A stretch of 32,865 bases of DNA, from positions 1-32,865 of IMG/VR virus record IMGVR_UViG_3300030708_002331, one strand, 5' to 3'. A model generated the notes under the pieces. It was given only the letters and a program-made list of their open reading frames with translations. It was not told the DNA's origin and searched no databases. Positions 1 to 8,279 of the stretch are shown one piece after another. This stretch comes from a virus. Its lineage: Duplodnaviria > Caudoviricetes. The translations under genes and the position numbers were made by a program. Positions within the stretch are counted from its first letter, which is position 1. Each line of letters starts with the position of its first letter.

Positions 1-1
1 T

Positions 2-1315
2 AAAACTGTAGGCATTGCAGCCGATATGATAGATAGTGCTCTAAAGAATGATGAAGTCAACCTGCTTTACATTACTATAACTCAACAACAAGCTAGAGCT
101 ATTATATGGTCTGACTTAGTTAATATTATAGAAGAGTATGAAATAGAGTGCAAGATGGATAATGTTAGATTAACTATAGCATTTCCTAACAAATCTAAAA
201 TTTACATAGCAGGAGCCAAAGATAGGACAGAGATAGAAAAGTTTAGAGGTTGGAAACTAATGAAGTGCTACATTGATGAGTGCCAATCTTTCCGGTCTTA
301 TCTAAAGGAGTTGATAAACGATATTATTATACCAGCCCTACGAGATAAAAGAGGACAGTTATACTTAACAGGAACTCCAGGTCCAGTGAAAGCTGGGATA
401 TTTTATGAATATTCTCAATCAAAAAACTGGAAAGCACATCACTGGACAGCTTTTGATAACCCTTATATGCACTCTCCTCCTAAGTTAAACCTAGAGGAGA
501 TACTAACAGAAGAAAGGGTAATAAGAGGGATTGATGAATCAGACCCATCTTATATAAGAGAAACATTTGGTAAATGGGTGGAGGATAAAGATGCGCTCGT
601 ATTTAAATTCAGCAAAGCAAAAAACATCTTTGATAAACTCCCTACTGAAGGGGAGTGGCACTATATTATTGGTATTGATATTGGCTACAATGACAGTGAC
701 GCTATCGCTGTTATCGGTTATAATACGCACCATAAGCGAGTCTACTTGGTGGACGAACATGTTAAAAACAAACAAAACATCAGTCAATTAGTGGCTGCTA
801 TTAATGAATACAAGGACTTATACAATCCTATTAGAATGGTCATGGACGCAGGAGCCTTAGGTAAAAAGATTCAAGAGGAGCTTCGAATGAGGCATGGTCT
901 TAATATCGAGGCTGCTGACAAGACCCGAAAGGTAGAATTTATAGAGCTATTAAATGACGACTTACGAACTGAAAAATTTAAAGCCTTCAAGAGTTCTCTA
1001 TTTGAAGAGGATTGCATGTTGGTACAGTGGGACAAGGATTCGAAAATTCGTAATCCAGAAAGACCAAAGATTTCAGACACTTATCACTCTGACATCTGTG
1101 ACGCTGTACTGTATGCTTGGAGGGAATGCCGTCATTATCTATCTGAAAAACCAGAAGAAAAGATAAAAGAAGGGACAGATGCTTATATGAAAGAGCTAGA
1201 AATGAAAGAAGCTATGGAGTGTGAAGAAAGAAAAAGAGATCCATATTCTTTTGAATTAAGTAAGTTATACGATGATGATATAAAAGAATTGGACAATATA
1301 ATAGATGAACAATAG
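2..1315 (+). CDS. terL: Terminase large subunit (5'-truncated)
   Basis: Frame is open from base 2 (KTVGIAADM...), consistent with the end of a Walker A GKT cut by the window edge; Walker B KCYIDECQ, coupling motif LTGTPG, RNase H-like nuclease motifs GIDIGYNDSDA and HSDICDAVLYA; lies upstream of the portal. Confidence 0.93.
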   Translation, partial: KTVGIAADMIDSALKNDEVNLLYITITQQQARAIIWSDLVNIIEEYEIECKMDNVRLTIAFPNKSKIYIAGAKDRTEIEKFRGWKLMKCYIDECQSFRSYLKELINDIIIPALRDKRGQLYLTGTPGPVKAGIFYEYSQSKNWKAHHWTAFDNPYMHSPPKLNLEEILTEERVIRGIDESDPSYIRETFGKWVEDKDALVFKFSKAKNIFDKLPTEGEWHYIIGIDIGYNDSDAIAVIGYNTHHKRVYLVDEHVKNKQNISQLVAAINEYKDLYNPIRMVMDAGALGKKIQEELRMRHGLNIEAADKTRKVEFIELLNDDLRTEKFKAFKSSLFEEDCMLVQWDKDSKIRNPERPKISDTYHSDICDAVLYAWRECRHYLSEKPEEKIKEGTDAYMKELEMKEAMECEERKRDPYSFELSKLYDDDIKELDNIIDEQ

Positions 1316-1318
1316 GAG
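1294..1318 (+). promoter_or_regulatory. Putative late promoter motif, copy 1
   Basis: CAATATAAT-AGATGA-ACAA-TAG-GAG overlapping the terL stop and the RBS of the next gene; same spacing as copies at 3512, 20691, 22847 and 27982. Confidence 0.6.
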
Positions 1319-1324
1319 ACAGCT

Positions 1325-1555
1325 ATGTTAAAAAACCTTGAAGATGTTAAGCTGTTTATAGAATGGTGTAAAGAACATAAAGTAAAATCATTTAAAATTG
1401 ACGGTGTTCAATTTGAACTATCAGAGTTATCATTTGTAGAATCAGTAACAGATTATACTGAAAAACTACAAACTGTAGCAGACGAATCAAAATTTGAAGA
1501 AGAACAACAAAAAAAAGAAGACGATGAACTAATGTTTTGGTCTTCAAACATCTAG
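1325..1555 (+). CDS. Small acidic hypothetical protein between terminase and portal
   Basis: AGGAG RBS upstream of the ATG, 76 aa, fills the gap between terL and the portal. Confidence 0.8.
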   Translation: MLKNLEDVKLFIEWCKEHKVKSFKIDGVQFELSELSFVESVTDYTEKLQTVADESKFEEEQQKKEDDELMFWSSNI

Positions 1556-1564
1556 GAGTAACCC

Positions 1565-3514
1565 TTGCACTCGGAAATAAATGGAAACCGATGGTGGTTG
1601 GCAAATAAAAATAATTTATACCAAGAGTTGTTTGCTTACGTTTCTGCCCTAGATAGTCGTCAACAATATAGACAAGCTGACAATATTCGGTATGCTAGAC
1701 TGTATGGCAACTATGAAATGATAGGTCTTGGAGCTTTTAACTACAGTAGAGTTGAAGCTTCTTACAATGTAACAAACAGAGTTACTCTTAACGTAATTCA
1801 ATCTCTCATTGATACAGTCGTATCTAAAATAACTAAAAACAAACCAAAAGCTACCTTTCTGACTTCTGGAGGTGATTTTAGTCTACAACGTAAAGCAAAA
1901 AAACTTACAAAATTTGTTGAAGGTATTTATTCTTACACTGATTTTTACCAAACAGCGTCCATGGCATTTCAAGATGCTTGTATTTTTGGCTCAGGTTGTA
2001 TTAAAATTTACATATCAGAAGGTGAAATAAAAGCAGAAAGAGTAATAATTGATGAAATAAAAGTAGACGATATAGAGTCTTACTACGGTAAACCAAGACA
2101 AATTCATCAAGTTAAGTATGTAGAAAAATCTGTTCTTAAGGCAATGTTTCCAGACTTTGAACTGCAAATAGACTCAGCTTCTTATCCAGACGCTTCAACA
2201 TATGGTCAATCTGCTACAGCTAAAGACATGATAAAAGTTATAGAGTCTTGGCATTTAAAATCTGGACCAGAATCAGATGACGGAAAACATAGTATTTGTA
2301 TCTCTAGCGCAACATTATTTGAAGAAAAGTATGATAAAGATTATTTCCCATTTGTATTTTTTAGATGGGGTGAGAGACCTGTAGGTTTTTTTGGTCAAGG
2401 TCTTTGCGAACAACTACAAGGTATTCAGCTAGAGATTAATAAAATTTTAAGAACAATACAAGTTTCAATGCACTTGGTATCTGTACCAAAATTATTAGTA
2501 GAAGCAAGTTCAAAGATTGTTTCTTCTCACCTAAACAATAGGATTGGTGGAGTCATAAAGTATGCAGGAACTCCTCCACAGTATGCTCCTCTAGGCGGCA
2601 TACCTGCTGAATTATTTGCACATCTAGATCGTCTGTACCAGAGAGCTTATGAAATATCAGGAGTTTCTCAATTAGCAGCTCAGTCTATGAAACCTGCTGG
2701 GCTAAACTCAGGTAAAGCCCTAAGAGAGTTTAACGATATTGAAACTGAAAGATTTATGTCAGTAGGAAAAAGGTATGAAAAGTGTTTTATAGAAGCTGCT
2801 GAAATAATGATAGACATGGCTAAAGATTTATACCTATCAGAGGGTGACTTCAATGTTAAAACTAAAGATGGTAAGTTTGTAGAAACTATAAGTTGGAAAG
2901 ACGTAAACATGGATGCAGATAAATATTTGATGGAAATTTTTCCAACGTCTGCCCTGTCTAGTACTCCAGCGGCTAGATTAGCCGATGTTCAAGACCTTTT
3001 GTCGGCTGGGTTTATAAGTAAAGAAGAAGCTCTTAAACTATTAGACTTTCCAGACTTAGAGGCTTCTTTAAATCTTTTGAATGCAGATTCTACTAATTTA
3101 GAAAAAATACTAGAAACTATGATGGATAAAGGAGAGTATTTTCCTCCTGAACCATATCAAAATTTAGAGAATGCAATTCGTAAAACTCAACAAGCTTATC
3201 TAATGTTTAAGGTGCAAGGTGCTCCAGAGGACCGTCTTGAACTACTGCGTCAATACATGGAGGATGCTCAAAATCTATTGATGAGAGCACAAGAACAAGC
3301 CCCTACTCCAGAGCAAATGACCAGAGAATTAGCTGAAATGGGAGCAGCAACAGCAGCAGCAAAGGTAGCTGAGAACATAACTGAAGAGGAAAACCTCTTA
3401 ACTAGAGGAGCTTTAGACTTAGAAGAGATAGAAAACGAAAGTGCTCAAGAAGAAGTTCCAGAAGAACAAATAGTAGAAGAAGACGTTACAGAAGAAGTGG
3501 TGGAAGAAGAGTAA
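1565..3514 (+). CDS. Portal (head-tail connector) protein
   Basis: TTG start with AGGAG RBS; 649 aa; position after terL; portal-like segments (DACIFGSGCIK, FFGQGLCEQLQGIQLEINK, AYEISGVSQLAAQ, SGKAL); acidic C-terminal tail. Confidence 0.88.
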   Translation: MHSEINGNRWWLANKNNLYQELFAYVSALDSRQQYRQADNIRYARLYGNYEMIGLGAFNYSRVEASYNVTNRVTLNVIQSLIDTVVSKITKNKPKATFLTSGGDFSLQRKAKKLTKFVEGIYSYTDFYQTASMAFQDACIFGSGCIKIYISEGEIKAERVIIDEIKVDDIESYYGKPRQIHQVKYVEKSVLKAMFPDFELQIDSASYPDASTYGQSATAKDMIKVIESWHLKSGPESDDGKHSICISSATLFEEKYDKDYFPFVFFRWGERPVGFFGQGLCEQLQGIQLEINKILRTIQVSMHLVSVPKLLVEASSKIVSSHLNNRIGGVIKYAGTPPQYAPLGGIPAELFAHLDRLYQRAYEISGVSQLAAQSMKPAGLNSGKALREFNDIETERFMSVGKRYEKCFIEAAEIMIDMAKDLYLSEGDFNVKTKDGKFVETISWKDVNMDADKYLMEIFPTSALSSTPAARLADVQDLLSAGFISKEEALKLLDFPDLEASLNLLNADSTNLEKILETMMDKGEYFPPEPYQNLENAIRKTQQAYLMFKVQGAPEDRLELLRQYMEDAQNLLMRAQEQAPTPEQMTRELAEMGAATAAAKVAENITEEENLLTRGALDLEEIENESAQEEVPEEQIVEEDVTEEVVEEE

Positions 3515-3536
3515 TATAATAAGAAAACAATTATAG
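3512..3536 (+). promoter_or_regulatory. Putative late promoter motif, copy 2 (scaffold-capsid operon)
   Basis: TAATATAAT-AAGAAA-ACAA-TTA-TAG beginning at the portal stop codon. Confidence 0.65.
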
Positions 3537-3580
3537 ATCACAATGATCGGGCTATGCCCTTTAAGCTAAAGGAGTTAAAA

Positions 3581-4408
3581 ATGGAAGAAAACACTCATGG
3601 ACACATGAATGATGTAGTCGTAAACCAAGAGGCAGCTGAGCCTCAAGAAGAAAGCAATGAATTTAAGGATTTAGAGCAACCCCAAGATTCTGAGTTTGAT
3701 AGAAAATTTGCTGCGCTCAGTAGAAAAGAAAAAGCCTTAAGAGAAAGAGAGCTTGAATTAGAAAGAAAGTATGGGAGTAAAGAGAAAGAACTTCCACTAG
3801 AGAGAAGAATTAGGTCTAACCCCCTAAAAGCTCTAGAAGAACTCGGTTTAGATTATGATAAACTAACTGAGTTAGCTCTTAATGATGGTAGGTTAACTCC
3901 AGACATGCAAATGAAGTTAATGCGAGAAGAGCTGGAAAATGACTACAAAGAAAAATTTAACTCTTTGGAACAAAGATTAAATGCTAAAGAGAAGATGGAA
4001 GAGGAAGCTAAGTACGATGCAGTTAAGCAAGGGTTTGTTGGAGAGATAGAATCTTTCATAAATGAAAACAAAAATGACTTTGAATACGTGGCTCATAATG
4101 AAGCAACCGATGTAGTTTATGATGTAATTGAAGAACACTACAATGAGACAGGTAGGATACTGGATATAAAAGAGGCTGTAGAAGCCGTTGAGAGTTATTT
4201 AGAAGAAGAAGCCGAGAAACTACTTAATCTTGGTAAAGTGAAAAACCGTCTCAACTCTATAAGAGACGAATATGAGCAACCACAGAGACAATCGCAAGTA
4301 ACACTGTCAAACGCCCATTCTGCTCAGGCGAACGAAAGAGTAGGTAGAAAGCTATCGGATGAAGAATCAAAAAGAGAAATGGCACGTATGTTACAATGGG
4401 ATGAATAA
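3581..4408 (+). CDS. Capsid scaffolding protein
   Basis: Acidic, helical/coiled-coil protein between portal and capsid; start moved to ATG 3581, which has an AAGGAG RBS (ATG 3554 lacks one). Confidence 0.78.
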   Translation: MEENTHGHMNDVVVNQEAAEPQEESNEFKDLEQPQDSEFDRKFAALSRKEKALRERELELERKYGSKEKELPLERRIRSNPLKALEELGLDYDKLTELALNDGRLTPDMQMKLMREELENDYKEKFNSLEQRLNAKEKMEEEAKYDAVKQGFVGEIESFINENKNDFEYVAHNEATDVVYDVIEEHYNETGRILDIKEAVEAVESYLEEEAEKLLNLGKVKNRLNSIRDEYEQPQRQSQVTLSNAHSAQANERVGRKLSDEESKREMARMLQWDE

Positions 4409-4433
4409 TTAACTAAACTTAAGGAGTTTTAAA

Positions 4434-5615
4434 ATGGCACTTAATATGACAACTTTTGCTGCGGCTCTTAAGCAGCATTACACAGATGAAAAAATCGAAA
4501 ACATGGTATACAAGGATAATCCATTCTTAGCCATGATTTCAAAGTATGAAGACTTTGGTGGTGAAAACCTCAAGCTTCCTGTAAAGTACGGACTTCCAAT
4601 GGGTCGGTCTGCTACTTTTGCTGATGCAGTTTCTAACAAATCTGCTTCTCAGTTAAAAGCATTTTTACTAACTAGAAAAGCTGACTATGCTATCGCTTCT
4701 ATCGCTAACGAAACTATAGAGGCTTCAAAAGGTAATGCAAACGCATTTATCGAAGCTGCTACTTTTGAAATTGATGGAGCTATCGAAGCTGCTACTAGAT
4801 CACTTGCTATCTCTCTTTATGGAGATGGTTCAGGTCAGATCGGTGTTGTTGGTTCACTAGCTACTACTACTGCTTCTAACGATACTGTTACTCTAGCTAC
4901 TATCCAAGACATTACTAACTTTGAAGTTGGTATGCAGTTAAACTTTGGTACAGCTACATCTAACAAAGAAATTTCTACTATCAACAGAGACACAGGGGTT
5001 ATTCTCCTCACAGGTGCTTCAGGTGCTACTACTACCGAAGCTATCTATGTTGATGGTGACAAAGACAACAAACTTACTGGTCTTGCAGGATGGCTTCCAT
5101 CATCTGCTCCAGGTTCTACTGACTCTTTCTTTGGTGTTAACAGATCATCAGATGCTACTCGTTTAGGTGGTATAAGATTTGATGGTTCATCACTTCCTAT
5201 CGAAGAAGCTCTTATCGGTGCTGCTGCTAGAGTTGCTAGAGAAGGTGGAAAGCCTGATGTTTGTTTTATTAACTACAACAACTTTGCTGATCTTGAGAAA
5301 GCTTTAGGTTCTAAAGTTTCTTATGTTGACGTTAAAGTTAATCCTGAAATCGGGTTTAGAGGAATAATGATTCATGGACCTAGAGGACCAATCAAGGTTG
5401 TTCCAGATCAAAACTGTCCGAACGGTGTTGCTTATCTACTTCAAATGGATGTTTGGAAACTTTACTCTCTTGGTAAAGCTCCTAAGATTCTTGACTCTGA
5501 TGGACTTAAGTTCCTAAGAGAGTCTACAGCTGATGCTGTTGAAGCTAGAGTTGGATACTACGCTCAGTTAGGGTGTCGTGCTCCAGGTTTCAACGTAAGG
5601 GTTGCATTATCTTAA
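4434..5615 (+). CDS. Major capsid protein (HK97 fold inferred)
   Basis: 393 aa after the scaffold, strong TAAGGAG RBS, strongly biased codons (GCT/ACT/GGT), followed by an intrinsic terminator; C-terminal YYAQLGCRAPGFN segment resembles podoviral capsid ends. Confidence 0.88.
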   Translation: MALNMTTFAAALKQHYTDEKIENMVYKDNPFLAMISKYEDFGGENLKLPVKYGLPMGRSATFADAVSNKSASQLKAFLLTRKADYAIASIANETIEASKGNANAFIEAATFEIDGAIEAATRSLAISLYGDGSGQIGVVGSLATTTASNDTVTLATIQDITNFEVGMQLNFGTATSNKEISTINRDTGVILLTGASGATTTEAIYVDGDKDNKLTGLAGWLPSSAPGSTDSFFGVNRSSDATRLGGIRFDGSSLPIEEALIGAAARVAREGGKPDVCFINYNNFADLEKALGSKVSYVDVKVNPEIGFRGIMIHGPRGPIKVVPDQNCPNGVAYLLQMDVWKLYSLGKAPKILDSDGLKFLRESTADAVEARVGYYAQLGCRAPGFNVRVALS

Positions 5616-5627
5616 TTTAACTAATTT

Positions 5628-5656
5628 GGGAAGCCTTTCGGGGCTTCTCTTTTTTT
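5628..5656 (+). terminator. Rho-independent terminator after the major capsid gene
   Basis: GGGAAGCCT-TTCG-GGGCTTCTC stem with a UUCG tetraloop followed by a T7 run. Confidence 0.9.
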
Positions 5657-5696
5657 CGCAGCGTGGTCACATCCACTCTGACTAAAGGAGAAAAAA

Positions 5697-6122
5697 ATGG
5701 CAAATAGAAGTTTTCAAAGGCTACAAGCCTTAGACAAGCAAATAAAAGTAATTCACGGACAGTTCGCTGTAGGTGCTTCAGGTGCTCCTACTCTTTCTGC
5801 TTCAAAAAGTGTTGGTGTAAAAAGTGTAACTAGAAATAGTGCAGGAGATTACTCACTAGTTCTTGGAACTCCAAGTGGTGATACAGATAAGTATAATCAT
5901 TTTTTTGGTATGTACTTTGATATCCAAAAATCAACAGCTCTAGGTGGAACTACAGGTGGTATGGCTTTTCAACTAAAAGGTGCTCCTACTGTTTCTACCG
6001 ATGGTACAATTAACTTTATTGCTCTTGATAAAGACGGAGCTGCTGCTGAGATTGGAAATGGCGAAACAGTTCATTTCATGATTATCGTTAAAAACTCCAG
6101 CCTTCCAGGCGTAGGTGTTTAA
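5697..6122 (+). CDS. Putative minor capsid/decoration protein
   Basis: AAGGAG RBS; 141 aa, G/S/T-rich and beta-type, directly after the capsid gene; VKSVTRNSAGDYSL motif resembles SV-R-G-Y motifs of phage fibre domains. Confidence 0.55.
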   Translation: MANRSFQRLQALDKQIKVIHGQFAVGASGAPTLSASKSVGVKSVTRNSAGDYSLVLGTPSGDTDKYNHFFGMYFDIQKSTALGGTTGGMAFQLKGAPTVSTDGTINFIALDKDGAAAEIGNGETVHFMIIVKNSSLPGVGV

Positions 6123-6133
6123 AGGAGTTTATC

Positions 6134-6400
6134 ATGATTATGATGGGTCCAAAAAAAGATAAAGGAGGAATGGTTACTCTCATCATAGAAAAGATGAAAG
6201 ACCATTACGGAAGAGGAAAGGAATCTAACGAAGAGTTCATGGAAGGTAAGCATGACGAAGAACATAGAGATAGTGAAGTCTACGAAGAATATAAAGAAGA
6301 AGTAGATGGATTGTTCAAAGCTATGGATGAAAAAGACAAGGATATGTTCGCAGAATGTCTCAAGATGTTCATAAAAAAATGTGTTAAAGACGATTACTAA
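6134..6400 (+). CDS. Small acidic hypothetical protein (head module)
   Basis: AAGGAG RBS, 88 aa, followed by a terminator-like hairpin. Confidence 0.75.
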   Translation: MIMMGPKKDKGGMVTLIIEKMKDHYGRGKESNEEFMEGKHDEEHRDSEVYEEYKEEVDGLFKAMDEKDKDMFAECLKMFIKKCVKDDY

Positions 6401-6402
6401 TT

Positions 6403-6426
6403 GGGGGGCGCAAGCCCTCCTCTTTT
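6403..6426 (+). terminator. Rho-independent terminator/attenuator
   Basis: GGGGGGC-GCAA-GCCCTCC stem with a GNRA loop followed by TCTTTT (short U tract, probably leaky). Confidence 0.7.
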
Positions 6427-6436
6427 CGGGGGTTTT

Positions 6437-7168
6437 ATGGCTGCTATAACTGAAGCCGATTTGGTGGCTAGGGTAAGACAACGTGCTGACATGGAGTCTA
6501 ATGATTTTGTTTCAGATACGGAAGTTCAAACCTACATAAATTCAGGAATATCAGAACTCCATGATATCCTGATACAAACATATGGACAGGATTACTATGT
6601 AAGTAGTTCTACATTTAATACTGTAGCTGGTACAGATTCATATCCTATTCATAGTTCTACTTCTGGACCAAACATTTCTAACTTCTATAAACTTAGAGGT
6701 GTAGATGCTAAGATAAATGGCTCAGATTTTTTTACACTAAGACCGTTTAATTTTAATGAAAGAAACTTATACCAAAACAGTGGGAGTCCTGGGAGGATTC
6801 TTGGTTTTGCAAACATAAGATATAGAATGGTTGGAGATAATATAATCTTTACTCCTGAACCTGATGGAGCTACAGAGGTTAGGGTTTGGTTTATACCAAC
6901 TGCTCAACAATTTGATAGCACTACTCCTGCTACATCAACTACTACCTTTGCAGACATAAATGGTTATGCAGAATATGTAGTGATAGATGCAGCAATAAAG
7001 TGTTTACAAAAAGAAGAAAGTGATGTTACTGTATTAATGCAACAAAAACTGATGATGAAGCGTAGAATAGAAGAAGCTGCTAACAATAGAGACGCAGGTA
7101 GTCCTTTGTCAATAACAGACATTTATACTACTGACAGCGAGTTTCTATTTACGAGGTCTACAACGTGA
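6437..7168 (+). CDS. Head-to-tail adaptor protein
   Basis: Start reassigned to ATG 6437 (GGGGGT RBS; the TTG at 6401 sits in the terminator). N-terminal TEADLVARVRQRAD...EVQTYINSG and C-terminal YAEYVVIDAAIKCLQKEE helices around a beta insert are typical of podoviral adaptors. Confidence 0.72.
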   Translation: MAAITEADLVARVRQRADMESNDFVSDTEVQTYINSGISELHDILIQTYGQDYYVSSSTFNTVAGTDSYPIHSSTSGPNISNFYKLRGVDAKINGSDFFTLRPFNFNERNLYQNSGSPGRILGFANIRYRMVGDNIIFTPEPDGATEVRVWFIPTAQQFDSTTPATSTTTFADINGYAEYVVIDAAIKCLQKEESDVTVLMQQKLMMKRRIEEAANNRDAGSPLSITDIYTTDSEFLFTRSTT

Positions 7169-7527
7169 GTATAAGAAACTATAAAAAAGTTTTTGCTTTA
7201 GGTCCATATGCAGGAAGAGCAGAGTTTAATAGCTCTCAAAACCAATTAGAAGAGGTCTTAACTCCTATAACACAATCTCAGATTGTAGATGGAGTTTTAC
7301 TAAAATCAGTCGACTTGTCTCATAGTGCTGATAACTTAATAGAACATAAGTTAGGTAGAGAGCCTTTAGGTTGGATAGTTGTAAGAAAATTTAATCCTAT
7401 AGATGTTTATGAATCTCTTACAGCTACAATAGGAGGCTCAAGTAAGAAGTATGATAGAAAAAAATTTATTAACTTTTTAATACCAGGAACTACTGATATG
7501 TCTAATGTCCATTTTTGGGTATTTTAG
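7165..7527 (+). CDS. Hypothetical tail-associated structural protein
   Basis: GTGA overlap with the adaptor stop, GAGG RBS; IEHKLGREPLGWIVV (H-x-LG-x-x-P) motif common in phage fibre-associated small domains. Confidence 0.6.
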   Translation: MSIRNYKKVFALGPYAGRAEFNSSQNQLEEVLTPITQSQIVDGVLLKSVDLSHSADNLIEHKLGREPLGWIVVRKFNPIDVYESLTATIGGSSKKYDRKKFINFLIPGTTDMSNVHFWVF

Positions 7528-7536
7528 GAAATAACT

Positions 7537-8271
7537 ATGGCTGAAACAAGTAAAACAACCTATATGAATTTGACACTTCCCACACCTGGGGAACGTCTAG
7601 GTCCAACATGGGCTACTGATATAAACACTGCCTTAACCTCAATAGATGGTCATGACCACGTTTCAGTAGGTAGACAGTTAGGGTCTGCTGCCATAGGCAT
7701 TGATGCAGACTTAAGCTTTACCGTTGTAACTAGTACAAGTACAACAGCGTTTGCTGCTACTAACATGAAATACTTAGGACTGTCTTTGAACACAACTCCT
7801 TCAACGTCTTTACCTGCTGCTAGTTTTCCTAATGTTGCATTTGCAGGTGGTACGGCAGGAGATTTGTTTTTTAACGATGGTTCAGGAAACCAGATTCAAC
7901 TAACATCGGCAGGGGTTCTAAATGCTTCTGGGGTTTCTGCTATTAGTTTTTCTGCATCATCTACTAACATATCAACAGATACTACAATATCAGCTACAGA
8001 TAATTTATCTTATTATCCTGTCGATGCAAGTGGTACAGGTAGTATAACTATAACATTACCCTCTGCTCCTACTGGAGGTAGATTTTTTATATTCAAAGAC
8101 ATTTCAGGAAATGCTGCTACTAAAAACATTATTATTAGAGCTACTGGTACAAGTCAAATGGTAGATGGACAAAAATCTACTGATACTCCAGCAGGTTATG
8201 TTATAAACTCTAACTTTGGTTCAGCAACAGTTATATCCAGAGGTAACTCATTAGACTTTGATGTTATATAG
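7537..8271 (+). CDS. Tail fibre/needle-like structural protein
   Basis: T/S/G/A-rich 244 aa; N-terminal MNLTLPTPG...W...IDGHDH; C-terminal ITITLP...FIFKDISGNAA.KNI.I...NSNFGS domain shared with 22503..22859. Confidence 0.6.
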   Translation: MAETSKTTYMNLTLPTPGERLGPTWATDINTALTSIDGHDHVSVGRQLGSAAIGIDADLSFTVVTSTSTTAFAATNMKYLGLSLNTTPSTSLPAASFPNVAFAGGTAGDLFFNDGSGNQIQLTSAGVLNASGVSAISFSASSTNISTDTTISATDNLSYYPVDASGTGSITITLPSAPTGGRFFIFKDISGNAATKNIIIRATGTSQMVDGQKSTDTPAGYVINSNFGSATVISRGNSLDFDVI

Positions 8272-8279
8272 GAGGGGTT

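Noticed and set aside
5590-5700. Programmed frameshift or read-through extending the capsid protein (T7 10A/10B style)
   Set aside because: No slippery heptamer near the stop, further stops follow immediately, and a strong terminator intervenes.
6401-6436. TTG start at 6401 for the adaptor gene
   Set aside because: Runs through a terminator hairpin and lacks an RBS; ATG 6437 has one.
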